A DNA stretch of 64,000 nt from Candidatus Omnitrophota bacterium (GTDB taxonomy: Bacteria; Omnitrophota; Gorgyraeia; Duberdicusellales; 4484-171). The notes below the pieces were generated by a model. The model saw only the letters and a list, made by a program, of their open reading frames with translations. It did not search any database and was not told the DNA's origin. How positions within the stretch are numbered: the stretch's first letter is position 1; every line of letters starts with the position of its first letter. The translations under genes were made by a program, and so were the position numbers. Shown one piece after another: positions 30,095 to 39,638 of the stretch. The stretch spans positions 366,261 to 430,260 of the forward strand of contig JBAZGN010000002.1 in the NCBI GenBank assembly GCA_041652815.1. Reading direction: 5' to 3'.

Positions 30095-31947
30095 CAAATT
30101 TTTCTATGTACTTACCTTTATATATAAGTTTATTGGTTATCCTTCCGATTGGGGGAGCGCTTATTTTATTTCTCCTGCCGCAGAGCTTAAGGAAGCTTAA
30201 CGCAATCTTTACGTTTTTTGTTGCCTTTATCAATTTAATACTAGCCGCGTTACTATTCGGTAAAAATTTTTCCTATGTCACCCCCTGGCTTAATTTCGGC
30301 TTTGAAATTGCGATAAGATTATATAACTTTAGTTCCTTTATGCTTATCGCTGCCGCGGGCTTCTGTTTTTTAATCACTCTTTACTCGATAGTTTTCATGA
30401 AAAACAGGGAGCATCAGACGCAATTCTATTCTTATCTTCTGATAACCCTTGGTTTAACAAACGGCGTATTAATTTGCGATAATTTATTTTTGCTTTTATT
30501 TTTCTGGGAAGGTTTGCTTTTGGTGTTGTTCGGTATGATAGCAGTCGGTTCAAAAACTGCTTTTAAGGCAGCAAGTAAGGCTTTAATCATTACAGGTATC
30601 TGTGATCTCTGTATGATGATAGGTATTATTCTTGCCGGACATCTTGCGGGCACTCTGACTATTTCTAAAATTCATCTTGCTTCCGGCGGGCTGGGAAGCT
30701 TAGCCTTTTTGCTTTTGATGATAGGTGCAATTTCCAAAGCCGGTTCCATGCCGTTTCACAGCTGGATACCTGACGCTGCAATTTCTGCGCCGCTTCCCTT
30801 TATGGCGCTTGTTCCCGCAGCTTTAGAAAAACTTATTGGGATTTATTTTCTCGCAAGAATTTCTCTTGATATGTTTAAACTTAGCACGAATTCCGCTCTT
30901 AGCACTATCCTTATGTGGATAGGTATCTTAACCATAATCCTTGCGGTTATGATGGCGCTAATACAAAAAAACTATAAACGGCTTCTTTCCTATCACGCCA
31001 TAAGCCAGGTAGGATACATGATTTTAGGTATAGGAACTGCTGTCCCGGCAGGCATAGTCGGCGGCCTGTTTCATATGATTAATCACGCAATTTACAAAAG
31101 CGGTTTGTTTTTAACCGGTGGTGCAGTTGAGAAGCAAACAAATACAACTAACCTTGAAGAGCTGGGTGGGCTTGGCAAAAAAATGCCGGTTACCTTTTTA
31201 TGTTTTATTATAACTGCGGCTTCAATATCGGGAGTACCTCCGTTTAACGGATTTTTTTCCAAAGAGCTCGTTTACGATGGCGCCCTCGAAAGGGGATTGA
31301 TATTCTATCTAGCCGCGATAGCAGGTTCTTTTTTAACTGCAGTGTCATTTCTTAAACTCGGGCACACGGTATTTCTTGGAAAATCTTCACAGAGCCATGA
31401 AAATGTCCGGGAAGTTAAATGGCAAATGTTTTTGCCTATGCTTATTCTAAGTTTCTTTTGCGTGTTATTCGGCCTTATGAACAGTTTGCCGTTAAATAAG
31501 ATTATACCGATAGTTCAAGCTTCTTTACAAGATAGCCGGCATAGTTATGTTTTCCATATCAATATAAAACTTATCATCGCTACGGTAGTTGTGCTTATCT
31601 TGGCATTATTAAACCATATTTTTGGAGTACGTTTAAATAAAGGCGCTTTGCACGCTTCAGACCACATAAGGTACGCGCCAATACTGTCCGGGATTTATGA
31701 TAAAGCCGAAAGAAGATTTTTTGATCCCTTTGAAATAGGTTTAAAGGTAACCAGGCTTTTATCAAAAATTACTTTTAAGTTCGACAGGTTAATAAATTGG
31801 GTTTACGACGTTTTAACCGTTAAAATATTTTACGCTACCGGTTCTTTTATTCGCAGGCTTCATATGGTGAATTATCCGGTTTATCTGATGTGGTCGTTGC
31901 TTGGGTTTGCGGCGGTTGCTTTATATTTACTGTATTCACTTAAGTAA
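30091..31947 (+). CDS. Group 4 hydrogenase membrane subunit, NuoL/MrpA-like
   Basis: NuoLMN family, 618 aa, overlapping starts. Confidence 0.8.
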   Translation: MTNFSMYLPLYISLLVILPIGGALILFLLPQSLRKLNAIFTFFVAFINLILAALLFGKNFSYVTPWLNFGFEIAIRLYNFSSFMLIAAAGFCFLITLYSIVFMKNREHQTQFYSYLLITLGLTNGVLICDNLFLLLFFWEGLLLVLFGMIAVGSKTAFKAASKALIITGICDLCMMIGIILAGHLAGTLTISKIHLASGGLGSLAFLLLMIGAISKAGSMPFHSWIPDAAISAPLPFMALVPAALEKLIGIYFLARISLDMFKLSTNSALSTILMWIGILTIILAVMMALIQKNYKRLLSYHAISQVGYMILGIGTAVPAGIVGGLFHMINHAIYKSGLFLTGGAVEKQTNTTNLEELGGLGKKMPVTFLCFIITAASISGVPPFNGFFSKELVYDGALERGLIFYLAAIAGSFLTAVSFLKLGHTVFLGKSSQSHENVREVKWQMFLPMLILSFFCVLFGLMNSLPLNKIIPIVQASLQDSRHSYVFHINIKLIIATVVVLILALLNHIFGVRLNKGALHASDHIRYAPILSGIYDKAERRFFDPFEIGLKVTRLLSKITFKFDRLINWVYDVLTVKIFYATGSFIRRLHMVNYPVYLMWSLLGFAAVALYLLYSLK

Positions 31948-31951
31948 AATT

Positions 31952-33370
31952 ATGTTGGCACTTCTGATTACAGTTCCTTTTTTCAGTATATTATTCTTTA
32001 ATCTGCCGTTTCTTGGCTCTTTAAGGCGGGCAATTACTACCTGGGCTTATGTTTTGTTTTGTGCTCAGATAGCGTTAGCGCTTCGGTTCTTTTCTCCCGA
32101 ATTCTTAAATAGTTTCACCTCGCAAGCGCATCTTTTTAATTTCAATATCGCTTTGGATAATTTAAGCCTGATTATACTTTTGTCATCTGCGATTGTGCTT
32201 TTTATAACTTTGATAATCGCAACTTATACGATTGATTCGCAAAGGCAAAGGTTTAATTTCGTAAACTTGCTCCTTTTTGCTCAAGCCGGGTTAAACGGCC
32301 TGTGTTTGGCACGAGATATGTTTTCGCTTTATATTTTTATTGAAATAGTTGCCGTAACTTCCTATATTCTGATAGTTTTTGATAAAGATATCAAGGCGCT
32401 GTCAGCGGCTTTTAAATATGTCATATTATCTACCGTAGCAAGTGTTTTTATGGTTGCATCAATTGCTCTGATGCTTTTAATTTCAGGAGATACTAAATTT
32501 TCCGTAATTCAAAAAACTATCAGCGGCCAATCGCCTAATTTCTTAATTATGTTTTCAGTTGTGCTTTTCGTATGCGCGGCCTTTGTTAAAGCCGGAGTTG
32601 TTCCTTTCCACGGCTGGCTTCCTGAAGTATATTCCCGTTCGCCTGCGGCAGTTTCGGTCCTGTTTTCCGGTATAATTTCAAAAGCGCTTGGAATTTATAC
32701 GCTTATGCGCGTAGCCAAGGATGTATTCGGAGTTAACGTTGCCTTAAATAATGTTCTTCTTTTTATCGGAACCGTTTCTATCATTGTAGGCGCATTAGCG
32801 GCCTTGGTTCAGAAGGATTTTAAAAAGATGCTCGGGTTTTCAAGCATAAGCCAGATAGGATATATTATTTTGGGTGTAGGCTCCGGTACAATTCTGGGTT
32901 TCGCCGGCGCTGCATTTCATATTTTTAACCACGCAATTTTTAAATCGCTTTTATTCGTAAATTCTGCGGCAATTGAGAGTAGAACCCGCACTACGCACAT
33001 GCATGAATTAGGCGGACTTTCCAAAGTTATGCCAATTACAGGTTTTACTTCTATTTTGGGTTTTATTTCTGCGGCGGGGCTGCCGCCTTTAGCAGGATTT
33101 TGGAGCAAGCTTTTAATCGTAATGGCTCTTATATTATCCGGGCACTTTATCTATGCAATTCTGGCAATTGTTTTAAGCGCGTTAACTCTTGCCTATCTGC
33201 TTTCCATGCAGAGGCTGGTTTTCTTTGGTAAATTAAATGAAAGGTTTATAAAAATAAAAGAAGCTGAATTCGGATTTAGTTTAGCGGCAATTATACTTGC
33301 TGCGATAATAATTATTACGGGCTTATTTTACCCGTTTGTGTTAGGGAAATTCATATTGCCTCTGGTGTAG
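31952..33370 (+). CDS. Group 4 hydrogenase membrane subunit, NuoM/N/MrpD-like
   Basis: NuoLMN family. Internal Met start chosen (the ORF opens at 31901). Confidence 0.75.
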   Translation: MLALLITVPFFSILFFNLPFLGSLRRAITTWAYVLFCAQIALALRFFSPEFLNSFTSQAHLFNFNIALDNLSLIILLSSAIVLFITLIIATYTIDSQRQRFNFVNLLLFAQAGLNGLCLARDMFSLYIFIEIVAVTSYILIVFDKDIKALSAAFKYVILSTVASVFMVASIALMLLISGDTKFSVIQKTISGQSPNFLIMFSVVLFVCAAFVKAGVVPFHGWLPEVYSRSPAAVSVLFSGIISKALGIYTLMRVAKDVFGVNVALNNVLLFIGTVSIIVGALAALVQKDFKKMLGFSSISQIGYIILGVGSGTILGFAGAAFHIFNHAIFKSLLFVNSAAIESRTRTTHMHELGGLSKVMPITGFTSILGFISAAGLPPLAGFWSKLLIVMALILSGHFIYAILAIVLSALTLAYLLSMQRLVFFGKLNERFIKIKEAEFGFSLAAIILAAIIIITGLFYPFVLGKFILPLV

Positions 33371-33374
33371 TTCT

Positions 33375-33545
33375 TTAGTATTTTGGTAAGGAAGTCACAT
33401 CGGTTGCGGCAATTGTTGCGGTTGCACAACCAGCATCGTAACACGTAGCATGTAGCAGGTAACACGTCAAGGAAACAAGAATCAAAAGAAGACGTGCTAC
33501 TTGATACGTGTGACGTGATACATAATCCATACGAGCCGCGCAACC
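33375..33545. repeat. Hairpin element with gtaacacgt/acgtgctacttgatac words plus ggttgcacaacc palindrome
   Basis: Paralogous to 15876-15990. Confidence 0.65.
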
Positions 33546-33570
33546 GGTAGGCGTAATTTGGAGTATTTAA

Positions 33571-34065
33571 ATGAACTTAAACATACTAATACTAATAATC
33601 TTGATAACCGCCGCGCTCTGGGCAGCAATGACCAGAAGCCTGCTTCGTGCGGCAATAGGCTTGGCTCTGATGAGTATTGTGCTTGCCATACTTATGTTTC
33701 GTCTTAATTCCGGGCTTGCGGCAGTGTTTGAACTTTCTGTTTGCGCAGGGCTTATTCCCGTACTTTTTGTAAGCACCATAAGCCTTACGCATCCTTTAAC
33801 AAAAGAAGAAGTTTTACAGCATATGAAAGACAGAATCCGCAGGTTCTGGTATCTTCCTTTTATAACTGTTGTGTTAGGTATTGCTTTAAGCTTGATAACG
33901 GTAAAGCTTAATATTAAATTGCCGCCCCCTGAGACAGAGAAAGATGTACGCGCGGTTTTATGGAACCAGCGGCCGCTTTATCTTACCGGGCAAATCATAA
34001 TTTTACTTGTTGGTGCATTTAGTGTAGTTATCCTTTTTAAGGAGGCAGGGAAAGATGAGCGTTGA
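33571..34065 (+). CDS. MnhB/MrpB-like small membrane subunit
   Basis: Hydrophobic; its position in the Mrp module. Confidence 0.5.
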   Translation: MNLNILILIILITAALWAAMTRSLLRAAIGLALMSIVLAILMFRLNSGLAAVFELSVCAGLIPVLFVSTISLTHPLTKEEVLQHMKDRIRRFWYLPFITVVLGIALSLITVKLNIKLPPPETEKDVRAVLWNQRPLYLTGQIIILLVGAFSVVILFKEAGKDER

Positions 34066-34375
34066 GGCGTTACAAATGTTCTGGCCGTTTTTGCTTTTTG
34101 TGATAATGCTTTTTATAATAGGCATATATTGTATTCTAATCACTTTTAACCTTATCCGGGCATTGCTTGGTGTTGAAATACTTATCAAGGCAGTCACGCT
34201 TTTAATCGTAATTGCCGGTTTCGTAAGCGGGCATACTGCTCTTGCGCAGACAATAGTTATTACTTTAATAGTCGTAGAAGCTGTTTCTATAGCTGTTGCA
34301 GTAGGCATTGTCCTTGGTATCCACAGCCATAATAATTCGCTTGATGTAAGAAGGCTTTTAGATACAGATAAGTAA
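34055..34375 (+). CDS. NuoK/MnhC/HyfE-like subunit
   Basis: ~100-aa 3-TM protein with the NuoK-like LIRALLGVEIL motif. Confidence 0.7.
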   Translation: MSVEALQMFWPFLLFVIMLFIIGIYCILITFNLIRALLGVEILIKAVTLLIVIAGFVSGHTALAQTIVITLIVVEAVSIAVAVGIVLGIHSHNNSLDVRRLLDTDK

Positions 34376-34376
34376 A

Positions 34377-34667
34377 ATGAACCCAGCCCTTCCACATACA
34401 TATTATGTTTATCTATTGTTGTCAGATAAGGGCGGCCATATATACATTGGTTGTACGGCTAATTTGGAAAGAAGAATTAACGAGCATGAAGCAGGAAAAG
34501 TGTTTTCTGCAAAAAGATATCTTCCGATGAGCTTAGTTTATTACGAAACATATATTTCAAGAGTGGATGCGTTTAATCGTGAAAAATCACTTAAACAATA
34601 TGGTAGTGCTTTAGCAAAGTTGAAATTACGTTTGAAAGATACCTTGCAAGGAGGAAGGGCTGGGTGA
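34377..34667 (+). CDS. GIY-YIG nuclease-domain protein (YhbQ/UPF0213-like)
   Basis: YYVYLL...G.IYIGCT.NL.RR..EH motif; 96 aa. The ORF is bounded by 13-bp perfect inverted repeats. Confidence 0.8.
   Translation: MNPALPHTYYVYLLLSDKGGHIYIGCTANLERRINEHEAGKVFSAKRYLPMSLVYYETYISRVDAFNREKSLKQYGSALAKLKLRLKDTLQGGRAG
34381..34665 (+). mobile_element. 285-bp mini-element carrying the GIY-YIG ORF, bounded by perfect 13-bp terminal inverted repeats acccagcccttcc / ggaagggctgggt
   Basis: The two repeats are exact reverse complements at 34381-34393 and 34653-34665. The right end supplies AAGGAGG plus GTG for the downstream gene. Confidence 0.6.
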
Positions 34668-34996
34668 ATAGTTTATTATTAACTCCACCAATTGCATTTT
34701 TAATAATTCTATCTGTTTCTATCGCGGTTAGTTTTTCCTTTTCAAAGCTTAGCTTTAAGGGAAAGAAGAAAAGCGAGGAAAGCGGGGATTCCTACGCCTG
34801 CGGCGAAGATTTGTATGACCACATGGCCCAGCCTGACTACAGCAATTTTTTCCCTTTTGCTTTTTTCTTTACGCTTGCCCACGTAGGAACATTGATAATA
34901 GCAACTGTCCCGATAGAAACTATTAAATCATTTGATATGGCGGTTGTTTACATTATAGGTATTATCGTCGGGCTTTCGATTTTATTTAGAAAATAA
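34664..34996 (+). CDS. NuoA-like small membrane subunit (tentative)
   Basis: 3-TM protein with a YACGED motif reminiscent of NuoA/ND3 YECG. GTG start inside the element's right repeat. Confidence 0.45.
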   Translation: MNSLLLTPPIAFLIILSVSIAVSFSFSKLSFKGKKKSEESGDSYACGEDLYDHMAQPDYSNFFPFAFFFTLAHVGTLIIATVPIETIKSFDMAVVYIIGIIVGLSILFRK

Positions 34997-35001
34997 TTAT
35001 T

Positions 35002-35153
35002 AATAACCAAGTTCCAAGATACAATAACCAAATAATGACCAATAATCAAATTCCAATAACCAAACAAAAAAGGACAAAACTGTTTGGTCATTGGTTATTG
35101 GATATTGGAATTTATTTGGAGCTTGTATCTTGGTTATTGGTTATTTCGTAAGC
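35002..35153. repeat. ~150-bp hairpin element built from aataaccaa/ttggttatt words, copy 1 of 3
   Basis: Near-identical to 39451-39603 and 40335-40468. Confidence 0.85.
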
Positions 35154-35173
35154 AGGTAGTTAAATAAAAAACA

Positions 35174-35638
35174 ATGGGAGTGCTTAAAAAAGTTGTAACT
35201 TGGGCGCGCATAAAATCACCTTGGATTTTACATTTTAATACCGGTGCTTGTAACGCCTGCGACATAGAAATTATCGCAACGCTTACCCCGCGTTACGACC
35301 TTGAACGATTTGGCGTGCAACTTAAAGGCACCCCGCGCCACGCAGATGTTCTTATTTGTTCAGGCCCGGTAACAAAACAGGTGCACGATAGGTTACGCAG
35401 AATTTACGAACAGATGTGCGAACCTAAATTCGTAATTGCAGTAGGCACTTGCGCTTGTTCGGGCGGCGTGTTTAAAGGCTGTTATAATGTTGATTCCGGA
35501 ATCGATATGGTTTTGCCTGTAGCAGCATATGTTCCGGGGTGCCCTGCAAGCCCCAAAGCTATAATTGATGGAGTGGTTAAGCTGTTGCAGAGCCTTGAAG
35601 AAAAAGAAACCAGAAACCAGAGCACAGAAACCAGATGA
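35174..35638 (+). CDS. [NiFe] hydrogenase small subunit (NuoB/HycG/EchC-like)
   Basis: CNACDIE, GTCACSGG and GCPASP cysteine motifs. The C-terminal tail KETRNQSTETR is encoded by repeat words. Confidence 0.88.
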   Translation: MGVLKKVVTWARIKSPWILHFNTGACNACDIEIIATLTPRYDLERFGVQLKGTPRHADVLICSGPVTKQVHDRLRRIYEQMCEPKFVIAVGTCACSGGVFKGCYNVDSGIDMVLPVAAYVPGCPASPKAIIDGVVKLLQSLEEKETRNQSTETR

Positions 35639-35746
35639 TAGAAAATAAAAATAAAATGGTAAAGTTTATTCCGTCATATCCTTATACTCTGTACTCTAGT
35701 TTCCGGTTTCTGGTTTCTCTGATAAACCGAGCGAAGCGAGGTTAAC

Positions 35747-36202
35747 ATGAATAGCGAAGAAAAAATACAACAAGAACTAATTGCTAAATTCAGCTACCTT
35801 GACGGTAAAGTCAAAGTGCAACGCGCTCGGCGCATTTTTGCGGAAGTAGAACAGGAAAAGTTTTTTGAAGTTTTTGACTATATTGTAAGAGACGCCGGTT
35901 TTTCTCATCTTTGCGCAATTACTGGCTTGGATGAAGGCCCCGGCACTCTGGGTGTTATTTACCATCTTTCAGGCAATGCCGGTGTTATCATTAACCTGAA
36001 AACATCGATTCAGAAAGAAAATCCCATACTCCAAACGGTAACACCTTATTTTCCGGGAGCGGAAATTTATGAAAGAGAGTTAACAGATTTATTAGGCGTT
36101 GAAATAGATACTTTATCTCCGGGGCCAAGATATCCCTTGCCGGATGATTGGCCGCATGACGAATTTCCTTTGCGTAAAGACTGGAAACCGCGGGATAAAT
36201 AA
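35747..36202 (+). CDS. NuoC/HycE-N/EchD-like subunit
   Basis: 30-kDa-subunit-like; position before the large subunit. Confidence 0.7.
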   Translation: MNSEEKIQQELIAKFSYLDGKVKVQRARRIFAEVEQEKFFEVFDYIVRDAGFSHLCAITGLDEGPGTLGVIYHLSGNAGVIINLKTSIQKENPILQTVTPYFPGAEIYERELTDLLGVEIDTLSPGPRYPLPDDWPHDEFPLRKDWKPRDK

Positions 36203-36204
36203 TA

Positions 36205-36298
36205 GAAGCGGATATCCGCGGATCTAAACGCGGATATCCGCCAGCGAATTACCGTGCGTCTATCCGCGTAGATATCCGCGGTAATCCGCTTCTATAAT
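36205..36298. repeat. Hairpin element built from gcggatatccgc words
   Basis: Outer stem tagaagcggat/atccgcttcta. Confidence 0.7.
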
Positions 36299-36311
36299 AT
36301 AGGAGTATAAA

Positions 36312-37538
36312 ATGCGTAAACAAAATAAATTTAGAATTCCCATAGGACCGCAGCACCCTGCGCTTAAAGAGCCAGCTGGTTTTAGCGTGGCTTTAAAGGG
36401 AGAAAAAATAAAGGGCGTTAGTGTCCGGCTTGGTTATAATCATCGCGGCATAGAGAAAGCCTGTGAACAGCGGACTTATGTCCAGGATGTATATCTTATC
36501 GAGCGTATCTGCGGCATATGCTCGCATACACATTCAACCTGTTTTGTGCAGGGAGTTGAGGAAATTGCTGGTTTGGCAGTTCCTAAAAGGGCGCTTTATA
36601 TCCGCACGATAATCGGAGAGCTTGAGCGTATCCACAGCCATTATTTATGGCTAGGGGTAGCCGGCCACGAGATAGGTTTTGATACTCTGCTTATGTATTC
36701 CTGGCGTGACAGGGAAGTAGTTATGGATGTGTTAGCTATGCTTACCGGAAATCGTGTAAATTACGGCATAAATTGTATCGGCGGAGTCCGGCGCGATATA
36801 GACGAAGCGCAGGTAGGCCAAGTCCTTAAAGCTATAGATATTCTTGAAGAAAGGACTAAGTATTATATTGAAGTGGCTACCGAAGAAACCACAATGATAA
36901 AAAGGCTTTCCGGTGTTGGAGTATTAAGCCGCGAAGATGCTTTACGTCTCGGTGCAGTCGGCCCGACTGCCCGAGCTTCAGGCTTGGATTATGATATAAG
37001 GCGCATTGACCCTTATGCAGCATACGCGGAGCTTGATTTTGATGTAATAACAGATACTCACTGTGATGTCTACGGCCGGACAGTCGTGCGGATGAAAGAG
37101 CTAATGCAATCCTGCCGGATAATTCGCCAGGCGCTTAAGAATATGCCGCAAGGCCCGATTTCAATAAAGGCTCCGCGTAAAATCGCCGCCGGCGAAGTTA
37201 TCAGCAGATACGAAGCCCCGCGCGGAGAAGATGTGCATTATATTAAATCAAACGGCACAGAACAGCCGGAAAGAGTAAAAGTTCGAGCGCCCACGCTTGC
37301 CAATATGAAAGCGGTTAAGCATATGCTTCGTGACAGGTATTTGGCTGATATGCCTATTGTTATCGCTGCGATAGACCCTTGTTTTTCCTGCACTGACAGA
37401 ACTATTGCACTTGATAACCGCGATACCAAAAAGAAAGAAATCATCGAGTGGAAAACTTTGCGCAATTACGGTATAGAGTGGTACAAGGGGCGGGGAATAG
37501 ACTTTACAGATTTAAATAGAAGGTTAGCTTCTATTTAA
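36312..37538 (+). CDS. Group 4 [NiFe] hydrogenase large (catalytic) subunit
   Basis: Both Ni-Fe ligation motifs present: RICGICSHTH (L1) and DPCFSCTDR (L2). Complex I NuoD lacks these. Confidence 0.9.
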   Translation: MRKQNKFRIPIGPQHPALKEPAGFSVALKGEKIKGVSVRLGYNHRGIEKACEQRTYVQDVYLIERICGICSHTHSTCFVQGVEEIAGLAVPKRALYIRTIIGELERIHSHYLWLGVAGHEIGFDTLLMYSWRDREVVMDVLAMLTGNRVNYGINCIGGVRRDIDEAQVGQVLKAIDILEERTKYYIEVATEETTMIKRLSGVGVLSREDALRLGAVGPTARASGLDYDIRRIDPYAAYAELDFDVITDTHCDVYGRTVVRMKELMQSCRIIRQALKNMPQGPISIKAPRKIAAGEVISRYEAPRGEDVHYIKSNGTEQPERVKVRAPTLANMKAVKHMLRDRYLADMPIVIAAIDPCFSCTDRTIALDNRDTKKKEIIEWKTLRNYGIEWYKGRGIDFTDLNRRLASI

Positions 37539-37655
37539 ATAACTATCAGTTATTGGCTTTGGCTAAAAGGAAAAGCCAAACCACGGCCTTCTGGCCAGCA
37601 GTTTTCTGCTTTCAGCTGAAGACTGACGACTGAAAGCTGATAGCTATATTTAATT

Positions 37656-38597
37656 ATGTTTTACCAACTTTTTTCTTTATTAATATTTCCCGGGCTTTTA
37701 TTTGTGAGCGTATCTTCGCTTTTTGCCGAATTTCTGGACAGAAGAATTTACGCCAGGCTGCAAAATAGAATTGGTCCGCCCTGGTTTCAGCCTTTTGCTG
37801 ATTTTATCAAGCTGCTTGCCAAAGAAGAAATTATTCCCAGAGACGCAAACCCGAGAATGTTTAAAATGATGCCGATATTTGCCTTTGCCTCGGCAGTTTG
37901 CGCTTTTCTTTACATACCGCTTTATAAAACGCATTCGCTTTTCTATTTTGATGCGGATTTAATTGTTGTGCTTTATTTTTTAACTATTCCCACTCTCGCT
38001 TTTTTTATCGGCGGGTGGTATTCCACTTCTCTTTATGCAAGAATCGGCTCGGTGCGTTCCCTTACCCAGTTATTTGCCTATGAAGTTCCTTTATTTATCG
38101 GCATACTTTCCGCGGCAGTGCTTGCGAATACCTGGTCAATTTCCGAGTTGAGTATTTTTTATGGCCGGCACCCGTTTTACTGGCTTTTTAACCTGATTGG
38201 TTTTGGTGTTTCACTGATTGCTCTTTTGGCAAAGCTTGAGAAGGGGCCGTTTGATATTCCCGAAGCAGAAACCGAAATTGTTGCAGGCAGTTTTACCGAA
38301 TACAGCGGCCGCCACCTGGCATTTCTGCGCCTTACTTTAAACGTGGAAATGGTTGTCGGAAGCGCACTGCTCGCTGCGGTATTTTTACCTTTCGGCTATG
38401 AATTCGGCCCGGTTATCGGTTTTCTGATTTTTCTCTGTAAAATAATCTTCATAATTGCGTTACTTTCCTTGTCCAGGACTGTTTTTGCCAGAATGCGTAT
38501 TGACCAGATGATAAATTTTTGCTGGAAGTATCTGGTTCCTTTTGCATTCTTTCAGCTTCTACTAAACCTTATTTTAAAAGGAGTGATACTACGATGA
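37656..38597 (+). CDS. NuoH/HycD/EchB-like membrane subunit
   Basis: 8-TM NuoH family. Confidence 0.8.
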   Translation: MFYQLFSLLIFPGLLFVSVSSLFAEFLDRRIYARLQNRIGPPWFQPFADFIKLLAKEEIIPRDANPRMFKMMPIFAFASAVCAFLYIPLYKTHSLFYFDADLIVVLYFLTIPTLAFFIGGWYSTSLYARIGSVRSLTQLFAYEVPLFIGILSAAVLANTWSISELSIFYGRHPFYWLFNLIGFGVSLIALLAKLEKGPFDIPEAETEIVAGSFTEYSGRHLAFLRLTLNVEMVVGSALLAAVFLPFGYEFGPVIGFLIFLCKIIFIIALLSLSRTVFARMRIDQMINFCWKYLVPFAFFQLLLNLILKGVILR

Positions 38598-38968
38598 GGC
38601 CGGGGAAAATGATAAGGCAGGTCCTTAAATCGATATTTAAAAAGCCTGTCACCGTAATGTATCCCTATGAAAAGCTGGAAATGCCTGATAAGTTTAGAGG
38701 CAAGCTGAAATATTATCCCGAAAGATGCATCGGCTGCCGGCTTTGCATAAAAGATTGCCCAACCGGAGCAATCGATATAAAAAAAGTCGGCGAAAACCAA
38801 TTCGAAGCGTTGATTGATTTAGGAAGGTGTATTTATTGCGCCCAGTGCGTTGATAGCTGCCCAAAAAAAGCTTTGGAAGCTACAAAAGATGTAGAGCTTG
38901 CCCAATTGGATGAGAGCAAGCTAAAAATAATATTTCATGCAAAGCCTTATAAACCAGCTGACAAATAA
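38594..38968 (+). CDS. NuoI/HycF-like 2x[4Fe-4S] ferredoxin subunit
   Basis: CIGCRLCIKDCP and CIYCAQCVDSCP. Internal ATG chosen (the ORF opens at 38519). Confidence 0.8.
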   Translation: MRPGKMIRQVLKSIFKKPVTVMYPYEKLEMPDKFRGKLKYYPERCIGCRLCIKDCPTGAIDIKKVGENQFEALIDLGRCIYCAQCVDSCPKKALEATKDVELAQLDESKLKIIFHAKPYKPADK

Positions 38969-39437
38969 ATTAGCCAATGCCAAGCGTATTGTTGTCCTTG
39001 GAGTTGGCTCGGAGCTTCGCAGTGACGATGCCGCAGGCCTTATCGCTGCAAGAACTATCCAAAAAAAAGTTTCCAAATCTAAAAAACCACAAGTTGCTGT
39101 GCTTTTAGGGGAAACCGCCCCGGAAAATTTTACCGGAGAAATCAAGAAGTTAAAGCCAACGCATCTTATAATCATTGATGCGGCAGATATTTCTAAAAAA
39201 AGTGGAGATGTTGTGTTGTTTAACCCGGAGGATATAAAAGGAATTTCTTTTTGCACTCACCAGCTGCCGATGAGCATTATGATTGATTACCTGAAAAATT
39301 ATATTAACTGCGACGTTTCAATCATTGGCATCCAGCCTAAGAGCTTGAGAGTGGGAAATAACCTTTCCAAAGAAGTTAAGATTGCGGTAAAATGTGTGAG
39401 CGATGCAGTTTTGGGCGCTATATATACAAGTAAGTAG
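38937..39437 (+). CDS. Hydrogenase maturation endopeptidase (HycI/HybD family)
   Basis: VLGVGSELRSDDAAG motif; ~160 aa. Confidence 0.8.
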   Translation: MQSLINQLTNKLANAKRIVVLGVGSELRSDDAAGLIAARTIQKKVSKSKKPQVAVLLGETAPENFTGEIKKLKPTHLIIIDAADISKKSGDVVLFNPEDIKGISFCTHQLPMSIMIDYLKNYINCDVSIIGIQPKSLRVGNNLSKEVKIAVKCVSDAVLGAIYTSK

Positions 39438-39450
39438 AAAGATAGTGGAG

Positions 39451-39603
39451 GAATAACCAAGCTCCAAGATACAATAACCAAACAATGACCAATAATCAAA
39501 TTCCAATAACCAAACAAAAAAGGACAAAACTGTTTGGTCATTGGTTATTGGATATTGGAATTTGTTTGTATCTTGTACCTTGGTTATTGGTTATTTCGTA
39601 AGC
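39451..39603. repeat. aataaccaa/ttggttatt hairpin element, copy 2
   Basis: See copy 1. Confidence 0.85.
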
Positions 39604-39638
39604 ATCTTTGTTAATCTGTGTAACAAAAGGAGGAAACA

